Source of the DNA: Candidatus Obscuribacter phosphatis
GTDB lineage: Bacteria > Cyanobacteriota > Vampirovibrionia > Obscuribacterales > Obscuribacteraceae
Length of the DNA: 64,000 nucleotides
Assembly (NCBI GenBank): GCA_001899315.1
Contig: MOYA01000004.1
Location: 54,477-118,476 of the forward strand
Reading direction: 5' to 3'
The notes below the pieces were generated by a model that saw only the letters and a list, made by a program, of their open reading frames with translations, was not told the origin of the DNA and searched no databases. The number at the start of each line of letters is the position of its first letter. The first letter of the stretch is position 1. Made by a program: the position numbers and the translations under genes. Shown here piece after piece: positions 42,931-50,552 of this stretch.

Positions 42931-44076
42931 TTGACCATTGAGAAGCCCGGGCTTGACACTATATGCGGTGCATTTTTCCACAAGCCCGACTTAAATCAAT
43001 TAGCAATCAAAACTGTCAAAGAAGGCGAACGCTATCTTGTCCAAGATTTAGCTGAAAACACGTTCTTTATGCTCGGTTGCGAAGAAACAAGCCGCAGTAA
43101 AACGGCTCTAGAACAAGAGCGGCAACTTTTGCTCATTATCAATAAAATAAGTTGTGAAAGACAAGAAGAACTAGCCTTGCCTCTTTTGCAGCTAAGCAAA
43201 GATCAAAAGCCCTGGTTTCAAGGCAAAGACAGACTATGGACTCTGCGCCGCTATGTTCCAGGAATTTCTTTTGATTGGCGCGGCCTATCTGCAAATCTGC
43301 CTGAAACAGAGTCTGAAGAAAAGCAAAATCGGCTCAGCTGTCTGCAATATCAGAGCTTCTGTCAAAGAGCCGGAGAAGAGCTGGCCCGGCTGCATAACCT
43401 CTCATTCATTGGTGAAAGCCAGGCTCTAGATCAAAGACTAGATCTCAGCCTAACGGTCGACTATCGCCAGGCTTGCCTGACTAGGCTAAGGGCGCAGGCA
43501 GAAAAGACTTCTATCAGCCTGGGAGAACTTGAGGCTATCCTTGAGCCTCTCATAGATGCAGCAGTGGCAAAGCAAGAGAGACTGAGTAGAGAAAAGAAAC
43601 TACCGGCGGTATTGATTCATGGAGATTTTCACCCGGGCAATTTCAGACTGACAGAACAAGGTGCCGCTGGAATCATCGATTGGGACTTTAGTCGCTTCGA
43701 TAGCCCGCTCTTTGATTTGCTCTATTCACTCTTTATGTTTGGCGGTTCTTTCCGTCAAGGAAAGACAACTGCTAGCTTGTTGGACCAAACCAAGAGTGAA
43801 GCTTTTCTCGCCGGCTATTTTGCAGCTATCAATGCCGACCTGAAGCAAACTTACCAGCAAAGCCAAATTGATGATGAAAGAGCCTTAGCAGTTTTAGCAC
43901 TGACATTGATTTTGATTTTTGAATTGGACTTTGAAAGCAAGTTCAATGGCAGCGCCAAAAAATCTCAGTTAGAGCAAGTTAAAAGCAATCAGGAAGGTCT
44001 AATAAAAAACTTGCAAATGCTGGCTCTAGAGCAGGAAGCAGGCAAGAGCCTTATCCACGTTTGCGGTTTTTCTTAG
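42931..44076 (+). CDS. APH/choline-kinase-family phosphotransferase
   Basis: VLIHGDFHPGNF and GIIDWDFSRFDSP (Brenner and DxD motifs). TTG start 3 nt after the kinase stop. Confidence 0.75.
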   Translation: MTIEKPGLDTICGAFFHKPDLNQLAIKTVKEGERYLVQDLAENTFFMLGCEETSRSKTALEQERQLLLIINKISCERQEELALPLLQLSKDQKPWFQGKDRLWTLRRYVPGISFDWRGLSANLPETESEEKQNRLSCLQYQSFCQRAGEELARLHNLSFIGESQALDQRLDLSLTVDYRQACLTRLRAQAEKTSISLGELEAILEPLIDAAVAKQERLSREKKLPAVLIHGDFHPGNFRLTEQGAAGIIDWDFSRFDSPLFDLLYSLFMFGGSFRQGKTTASLLDQTKSEAFLAGYFAAINADLKQTYQQSQIDDERALAVLALTLILIFELDFESKFNGSAKKSQLEQVKSNQEGLIKNLQMLALEQEAGKSLIHVCGFS

Positions 44077-44626
44077 AGCGACCGGATGCTTCCACCGGCA
44101 TAGACATTTTACGACTGGCAGGAAAGCCTTTTAGATCTACGAGCTGGGTATAGCCTTCTGCTTCAGGCGAGATACGACACGTCATGGTCATCGAGAACGG
44201 CTGGGTGCCGACCACTTTGCCTTGTTCTTTAATTACTTCTTTGCCGGTGACAAGCACCTGCACATCGTTCTTCTCGAGCGAGCCAAGCGGCTTTACTGAT
44301 GTCACTTCTACAACATTAACCTGTTTAGAAACTTCAGAGTCTGATATCAGCTTGAGCACATCGATAGCAGTATCAGGTATTACTTTCTGAGCTTGCAGTG
44401 AAATTCGAGCCTGTTCTGTGAGTTCACTATGAATCATTTCATTGACCGAAACTTTGATTGTGGAAGGGTCACGGTCAAGAATATGCTTACTCAATTGGGT
44501 GCAAAATTTGCGAAGCTGCTCTTCTTTCTTTGCCTTGATTTGCTCAGGACTTTGACTGCAAGCCAAAAGACTGAGGCTGGCAGCTGCTGCAACCAAAATT
44601 GAAAGTAGAGTTTTCGGTTTCGACAT
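44051..44626 (-). CDS. lipoprotein, unknown function
   Basis: Signal peptide with lipobox LSLLAC. Convergent 26-nt overlap with the preceding gene. Confidence 0.6.
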   Translation of the reverse strand: MSKPKTLLSILVAAAASLSLLACSQSPEQIKAKKEEQLRKFCTQLSKHILDRDPSTIKVSVNEMIHSELTEQARISLQAQKVIPDTAIDVLKLISDSEVSKQVNVVEVTSVKPLGSLEKNDVQVLVTGKEVIKEQGKVVGTQPFSMTMTCRISPEAEGYTQLVDLKGFPASRKMSMPVEASGRSKKNRKRG

Positions 44627-44809
44627 TTTTCAAGTTACCCAATAAACAAGTGCCGCCCGGAAAGAGACAGCCAAATAATGTTAACTCCTAATTCTTTCCT
44701 GAGACTGCAAATTAAACACTTTACTTCCCAAGTATTTACAAGAGAGATGCTCAAAACAGGCAAGGCACCATGACAAGCGGTTGTAGTTGACCGGTCTATT
44801 TTTCACCGG

Positions 44810-44853
44810 CAAAAAGAGAACGACCGGGAGAGTTTTACTTCCTCCGGTCGTTC
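44810..44853 (-). terminator. rho-independent terminator (minus strand)
   Basis: Stem GAACGACCGG / CCGGTCGTTC followed on the minus strand by TCTTTTT. Confidence 0.7.
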
Positions 44854-44867
44854 AAACTAGCTTGGTA

Positions 44868-45449
44868 CTAGCGCTTCAGTATGCCGAGACGAACACCGAG
44901 GGTGCGCGCCAAAAGCAGACAGAGCGGAACCAAGATAGAAATAGGCACCACTGCAATGAGCATGGTGGCCATCAGGGATATCGCCAGGTCGGGACTCTCA
45001 CCGGCGCCAAGAGAGAGAAAAGGCAGGCTGGCAGCCAACTTTTCACCCAGTGGAAAGAGAAACCAGTAGAGCGTGGCGGTGATAAGCATGGTCAGCGAAG
45101 TCACCACTGCCACGTACCAGTCGGCGGCGTTCATGCCTTGCACCACTTTGATGGAATGGGCAAGCCAGATTCTGGCTTCTTTCAAGCCATTCTTAGCCGA
45201 AGTCAGAACTCCCGACTCATAGAAGTCATAGAAGAGCCTGATGTAGAGGGCCAGGACCAAATAGAAGATGGCCGCCAAGACAAGCAGACAAAAGCCTACT
45301 GCCAAGCCGGCAAAAAAGTGAGGCAGCGTGTCGATGACGGCTGCTAAGGCAAGAAGTACCGCTCCCAGGCTGTACCACTTGGTGAAAGTGGGGCCCGGGA
45401 AGCGGAACTGCCTCTTCAAGACTGCAGAGAGTTTGGAGGCGAACTTCAT
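44868..45449 (-). CDS. membrane protein, unknown function
   Basis: ORF trimmed to ATG 45449, 13 nt after the MFS stop. About 4 predicted TM helices. Confidence 0.55.
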   Translation of the reverse strand: MKFASKLSAVLKRQFRFPGPTFTKWYSLGAVLLALAAVIDTLPHFFAGLAVGFCLLVLAAIFYLVLALYIRLFYDFYESGVLTSAKNGLKEARIWLAHSIKVVQGMNAADWYVAVVTSLTMLITATLYWFLFPLGEKLAASLPFLSLGAGESPDLAISLMATMLIAVVPISILVPLCLLLARTLGVRLGILKR

Positions 45450-45462
45450 TCTCTTAGAACCC

Positions 45463-46728
45463 TTAGTTTTCCGAATCTGGGCCTGACTTTCCTTCACCGT
45501 CGGCCTTCACCCCCCGCAGAAGCGGCATGAGCAAGAAGCAAGCCAAGGTGAAGAGCCCGCTCACGATGATGAGCGGCGACAGGCTGCGGTCGAACCAGTG
45601 CACGAACATCCAGCTGCCGACAATGGCAGAGAGCTGGGCAAAGCCGTTGTAGACCGACATCAAGGCGGCGAAGGTAAAGCCTTCTGCCTTGGGAGGACAA
45701 GCCTTACCGGCCAGGCTGAGCACTGTCAGAGTGGCAATGGCGCCGGCAGCACCGAAGACCAGGCTGAGCCCGATCATGATTGCCCCGACTGCTTCGGAAT
45801 AGTTCACCACCGAGAGGTAGGAGAAGGTACCGATGGCGCCGGCCAAGATGGCGAAGGTGAGCTGGAAGCGCAGAGACTTCTTGGTGAAGTACCAACCGTA
45901 GAGGAAAGTACCGATAACCGAACCAGCCGAGCCAATGGCGCCAAGTGTGCCGATGAACTCTTGCGAGAACTTGAGCTTGTCGACCATGTGGTAGTACATG
46001 GGCGTACCGAAGCTCGGCGAGAAGTTGTAGAAAGCCAGGAAGGCAATCACACCCCAGAGCGTGGGCGATTTGAAGGCATGACCGAGCGAAAACGCGGTCT
46101 TCTTCATTTCACCGACATTCATCTGGGCCTTCTCTTCACGCAAGGCGAACCAAGAAAGCAGTGCCACCGCTGCCGGTGCGCACATGGTGATCAGGGCAGC
46201 CATGTGCAAAGCACTGGTCGGGTCAGTCGAGCCGGCAATCCAGCCGCCAGCCACCGAAGTAGCAATCTGGGCCGTGTAGAACCAGAACCACTGCACGCTC
46301 TGGAACTTGCCCACCATGTTGTACTTCTGACCGTTCTCGACCATGACCGCATCGACGATTACGTCGGAAGCAGCGGTGCCCACGGCAGTGAGCAGCAATG
46401 CCGAGACGATGAGCGAAGCATCGCTCAAGCCGGAGAGCCAGAGAAAGGCGCCGGCCGACATGGTGTTCAAGGCCAGGAGCCAAGTCTTGCGACGATAGCC
46501 GAATAGGGGGATGAAGTCGCTCACCAATCCGTAAAGCGGCTTGATCAGCCAGGGAATGGTGAGAACAGCCAGGTAAGCCGTCGACTGCGCTTCATCGAAA
46601 TGCATCACCTCTTTGAGGTAGAAGCTGAGGGGTTGATTGATCAGGCCGCTAGCCTGTGCCAGACCTTGTGCAAAGTAGACAAAGCCGAACAGATAGATCA
46701 GCCTTTTGACGTATGAATCGTCGTTCAT
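45463..46728 (-). CDS. MFS transporter, folate-biopterin (BT1) family-like
   Basis: YLFGFVYFAQGL, LTIPWLIKPLYGLVSDFIPLFGYRRKTWL. 12-TM-like layout. Confidence 0.7.
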   Translation of the reverse strand: MNDDSYVKRLIYLFGFVYFAQGLAQASGLINQPLSFYLKEVMHFDEAQSTAYLAVLTIPWLIKPLYGLVSDFIPLFGYRRKTWLLALNTMSAGAFLWLSGLSDASLIVSALLLTAVGTAASDVIVDAVMVENGQKYNMVGKFQSVQWFWFYTAQIATSVAGGWIAGSTDPTSALHMAALITMCAPAAVALLSWFALREEKAQMNVGEMKKTAFSLGHAFKSPTLWGVIAFLAFYNFSPSFGTPMYYHMVDKLKFSQEFIGTLGAIGSAGSVIGTFLYGWYFTKKSLRFQLTFAILAGAIGTFSYLSVVNYSEAVGAIMIGLSLVFGAAGAIATLTVLSLAGKACPPKAEGFTFAALMSVYNGFAQLSAIVGSWMFVHWFDRSLSPLIIVSGLFTLACFLLMPLLRGVKADGEGKSGPDSEN

Positions 46729-46873
46729 ATGCGAACTTTCCGGTCGGTCCAGCCCGGGGGTACCGGGCTTTCCGACTCTCTTTCAATAGTTTCAGATAAG
46801 TGCTCCGAATGAAGGGTTAGGAACGTACGGCTCTTTAGCCGTATGGAAAGTGAGAATTAGCCCGAGCCAAAGC

Positions 46874-47290
46874 TCAGACTTTCACAGCCTTTTTGTTCAC
46901 CAGCTTCGGTCCCTCCACGAGCTTCAAAACCGGGCAGCGACCGGCGGTGCGCTCCATGGCGGTGAGGTCGGCGGCGCTGAGATTACCGCTGGCCTCGATG
47001 AGCTCTTCGATGAGAGGGATCTTCTTGGTGGCGTCATTGGGATCGGCCACCTCGCTGTAGGTGACCTTGACGCTCAGAGTCTGGATGTCCCAGTTACGGC
47101 TCTTTGCCACCATCATCAGTGTCTGCACGGTGCAGCTACCGATTGCGGCGAGCAAAAGCTCTTTGGGAGTCGGACCCAGGGATGTGCCGCCCACCGACTT
47201 ATCCTGGTCGGCAATGACAGTGAAGGCGCCGGCGCTGATGTCCACCTTGTAGGTGTGCCCGGCTGCCAGAGTGCATGTGGCTTGCGTCAT
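46874..47290 (-). CDS. OsmC/Ohr-family peroxiredoxin-like protein
   Basis: GGTSLGPTPKELLLAAIGSCT ... TAGRCPV (two conserved Cys contexts). The start abuts the PPK2 stop. Confidence 0.8.
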   Translation of the reverse strand: MTQATCTLAAGHTYKVDISAGAFTVIADQDKSVGGTSLGPTPKELLLAAIGSCTVQTLMMVAKSRNWDIQTLSVKVTYSEVADPNDATKKIPLIEELIEASGNLSAADLTAMERTAGRCPVLKLVEGPKLVNKKAVKV

Positions 47291-47291
47291 A

Positions 47292-48200
47292 TCAACCCTG
47301 CTCCTTCTTTTCCTTGTTTTTCTTTTCGTCCTTGCCCTTGTCGTCGGACTCAGGACCGAGAGCTTCTTCGAGCTGCTGATTGATGATGCGCAGCACGTTC
47401 ACCCGGCTGTAGCGCTTGTCTTCGCTGGAAACGATGAACCAAGGCGCATAGTCGGTGCCGGTGCGGAAGAACATCTCGTTGGCCGCCCGGGTGTACTTCT
47501 TCCACTTCTTACGCGCTTCGGCGTCGGAAGGAGAGAGCTTCCAGGGCTTGTCGCGAGCGCGGTCTTCGAAACGCTTCTTCTGCTCACCCTTGGTGATGTC
47601 GAGCCAGAGCTTGACCACGACGCCGCCCTGCTGCTCCAGGCTCCAGTCCATGGCGCGCAGACCGGCATAGGTGTGCTGCCACACCGCCGGCGGTTGCAGT
47701 TCATTGACCCGAACCACCAGCACTTCTTCGAACCAGGAGCGGTCGAAGACCCGCACCTGACCATAGGCCGGCATGCGGTCGTCCTTGAAGAAGCGCCAGA
47801 GAGGCGGATGGGCGCGCTCGTCTTCGGTGGGAGCACCGATGGGCACGCTGAGAAAGAGCTTGGCATCGAAGTCGAGGGCGCCGGCAACACGCTGCGTGGC
47901 ACCGCTCTTGCCGGCACCATCACGGCCCTGCAGCACAACCACGAGAAACTTGCGCTTGGCGGCCATACGACGCACGAGCTTGTTGAAACGCTCTTCTTCG
48001 GCGTTCATCTGGCGCTCGTAGTCTTTCTTCTTATCGATCTTGACGGTGTGATCCACCGCCGCCAGATAGTCGGGAATCTCACCCTTGCCCACTTGCTCGT
48101 AGGGAGCAAGTGGGTTTTCGAAAGTGCGGGCGATCTTGATCACCCCGTTCTCGAGCAGCCGGAAAGGCTTGCCGAGAGCTTTGCTGTCTTTGTCGGACAT
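47292..48200 (-). CDS. ppk2: polyphosphate kinase 2 (PPK2)
   Basis: GGGAGG SD. VVVLQGRDGAGKSG (Walker A), FDRSWFEEVLVVRV, KLWLDITKGEQKKRFEDR, PWKLSPSD, APWFIVSSEDKRYSR. Confidence 0.9.
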   Translation of the reverse strand: MSDKDSKALGKPFRLLENGVIKIARTFENPLAPYEQVGKGEIPDYLAAVDHTVKIDKKKDYERQMNAEEERFNKLVRRMAAKRKFLVVVLQGRDGAGKSGATQRVAGALDFDAKLFLSVPIGAPTEDERAHPPLWRFFKDDRMPAYGQVRVFDRSWFEEVLVVRVNELQPPAVWQHTYAGLRAMDWSLEQQGGVVVKLWLDITKGEQKKRFEDRARDKPWKLSPSDAEARKKWKKYTRAANEMFFRTGTDYAPWFIVSSEDKRYSRVNVLRIINQQLEEALGPESDDKGKDEKKNKEKKEQG

Positions 48201-48229
48201 AGGCTTGCCTCCCGGAGGAAGCTACCGCG

Positions 48230-50056
48230 TTAGCGGTAGCTCCGCCCCGTGTAGATGTTGTTGGAATCGAAACTGTCCACCTGGACACGACCGTCATCCA
48301 GGTACTTGAAGGTCTGCTGACCGCTGAAGGCCATATAGGTCCTGTAGTACTGACGCACCATCAGGCGACCTTCCTTGTCGCGCCCTTCCACCACCACGCC
48401 GTTGCAGTCGCGCAGCACGGTCCAGACGGAGACCGCCCAGCGCACTTCGTTGTGGATGTAGTTGAGAGCGAAAGCGGGCGGCTCGGCAATGCGATCGGCA
48501 GGACCACCACACTTGCTGGTCTCCACCGGCTGAGGAGCGACGATCACGGGCTCAGCCGGCTTCTCGACCGGCTTGACCGGCTTCACTGGAACTACCGCCA
48601 CAGGGGCCTTGACCACCGGGCTGGCGCAGCCGCGGCAGCCATCGATGAAGTTGACACCGACCTCGACTTGCGGGTTGACCGTGATGTTCGGCGCCTGCAC
48701 CGTCACCGCGGGCGGATTGACCGTGATATTCGGTGCCTGCACCGTCACCGCCGGCGGATTGACCGTGATGTTCGGCGCCTCGGGCTTGTCACGATTGACG
48801 AGGAAAGCCAGGAAGGCCAGGAAGGCGAGCAGGGCGAAGAAGCCCAGACCCAGTACCGCCATCAGGCCAGACCGATACCAGGGCTGGTGCCGACCGGCAC
48901 TGTTACCCGCCGAATTGCCAGACGAATTGCCGGACGAATTGCCCGGGGGATTGCTGGGAGGCGCCGGAGGAGCCGGGGGAGCCGACGGCGCTGGGGCCTG
49001 AGGCTCCACCTGACCGGGCTTGTTGCGCACCACCATACGGACGTCCACCCGAACTTCCCGCTCCTGTTCGGTGCCCTGAACGGTGGCATCATCGGCACCG
49101 AGACCACGCTGCTTCACCACCATGCTGACCGAGGAGGCGGCCTCCTTGCCGGCGGTGGTGGCAACACCGGTCATCTTCTCGAGGGCGTCTCCGGCGGCCA
49201 TCTGGCTGAAGTCGCGCAGCATGTCGCGATAGCGAGCTTCGGCACGGGCGACGGCCTCGGGGTCGAGGGCAGCGGGCGTCGCAGCCTGGCCCGAACCGGA
49301 CTGAGTGGTGGGCTGCGCATCGCCGGGCCCTGAGGCAGAAGCAGAGGCAGAAGCAGAGCCCCCACCGGAAGCATTGGCTGCGTTGGCAGCCTTGTCACCA
49401 CCTTCCTTGAGCCCAGCCTTGAAGGCAGCACGCTCCTTGGTGGAAGCGAGAGCCGTCTCGACCTGCTTGCGGGTCTCTTCCAGTTCGCCCGAATTGTCGA
49501 TGACGACAAGCGAAAGGGCCGCCTTCTTCTCTTGCGGGAACTGGGCACGGATACGCTTGAGCAGCTCTTCGTCGGAGCGCTTGTCGCGTTCACGCAGACG
49601 GGTCATCTGCACCGCTTCGTTGGCCACGACGGTCCAGACTTCGTCATACTGCGCCTGCGAATTGGTCTCGAAGAGAAGGGGCACGAGCACCGCCACTACG
49701 CCGCTGCCGGAAGCAGCCGCCAGGGAGATGCGCCGGCTCTTCAGTTCGGCAATGGCAGGGTGAAGAATGTCCTCCAGGTCTTTGCGAGCCTGAGGATCGT
49801 TGAATACAACTTGGCCGAGCTTTTCGCGGCTGACCTTGCCGTCGACGATGATGTCGGCGCCGAAGCGTTCGACGATCATGTCGCGCACAGGGCCTTCCCC
49901 GTCACGCAGCTCTGCAGCCAGATGGTCGGTATCGATGACGGCCACGCCCATCGACTCCAGAAGCTTGCCGACGGCAGACTTGCCGGTGCCGATACTGCCG
50001 GTCACACCGATTACATAGGCGGTCTTAGACTCGTTTTCAGTCATTTTGTCAGACAT
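48230..50056 (-). CDS. coaE: dephospho-CoA kinase (CoaE) fused to low-complexity linker, TM helix, repeats and C-terminal domain
   Basis: ORF trimmed to ATG 50056 (AGGAG SD). N-terminus YVIGVTGSIGTGKSAV...IDTD...PLLFE. Then Ala/Ser/Pro-rich tracts, TM helix LMAVLGLGFFALLAFLAFLAFLV, (NITVNPPAVTVQAP)x3, and a C-terminal domain of about 110 aa. Confidence 0.8.
   Translation of the reverse strand: MSDKMTENESKTAYVIGVTGSIGTGKSAVGKLLESMGVAVIDTDHLAAELRDGEGPVRDMIVERFGADIIVDGKVSREKLGQVVFNDPQARKDLEDILHPAIAELKSRRISLAAASGSGVVAVLVPLLFETNSQAQYDEVWTVVANEAVQMTRLRERDKRSDEELLKRIRAQFPQEKKAALSLVVIDNSGELEETRKQVETALASTKERAAFKAGLKEGGDKAANAANASGGGSASASASASGPGDAQPTTQSGSGQAATPAALDPEAVARAEARYRDMLRDFSQMAAGDALEKMTGVATTAGKEAASSVSMVVKQRGLGADDATVQGTEQEREVRVDVRMVVRNKPGQVEPQAPAPSAPPAPPAPPSNPPGNSSGNSSGNSAGNSAGRHQPWYRSGLMAVLGLGFFALLAFLAFLAFLVNRDKPEAPNITVNPPAVTVQAPNITVNPPAVTVQAPNITVNPQVEVGVNFIDGCRGCASPVVKAPVAVVPVKPVKPVEKPAEPVIVAPQPVETSKCGGPADRIAEPPAFALNYIHNEVRWAVSVWTVLRDCNGVVVEGRDKEGRLMVRQYYRTYMAFSGQQTFKYLDDGRVQVDSFDSNNIYTGRSYR
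48675..48779. repeat. 42-bp in-frame tandem repeat, 2.5 copies
   Basis: TTGACCGTGAT(G/A)TTCGG(C/T)GCCTGCACCGTCACCGC(G/C)GGCGGA. Encodes NITVNPPAVTVQAP on the minus strand. Confidence 0.9.
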
Positions 50057-50552
50057 GGTTACTCCTACTTGTTTGAGCATTGAGAGTTGAGAGACAGTTG
50101 ACCCAAGCACAGCCACCCTTCCGAGTTTCGGACAGTTAAGACCCACCTTGACGCTCAGACATGCCAAAGCCACCGACCCACAAGTGAGTCGGCGTCAGCG
50201 GCAGAAAGAGACGGTAGGTCTTAAGAGAAGGTGTGTGAGACTTGGATCACCAGGAAAATATGTAAGAAAGAACTTCTGGACACTACGTATTAAGCGCCCT
50301 TATATACAAGTCATGAGATCAGGTATTAGTAAGCGTTTAGATCTTGTCTGACCAAAAACTGGCAAAAGAAGACAGAAAGACTCATTAGAGCCAAGAAATG
50401 TTTATGACAGGGTGTTAGCGCGGCTGGGCCAGTCTAGCCAAGTACTGGCAAAAAACCGAGCGGACCTACCTCGGTATTGATGTCGATACAGCGACAAAGA
50501 AAAAAGATGGCCAGGACTAGAGCAAAGCAAATCCAGAACCACTGGGCGAAAG

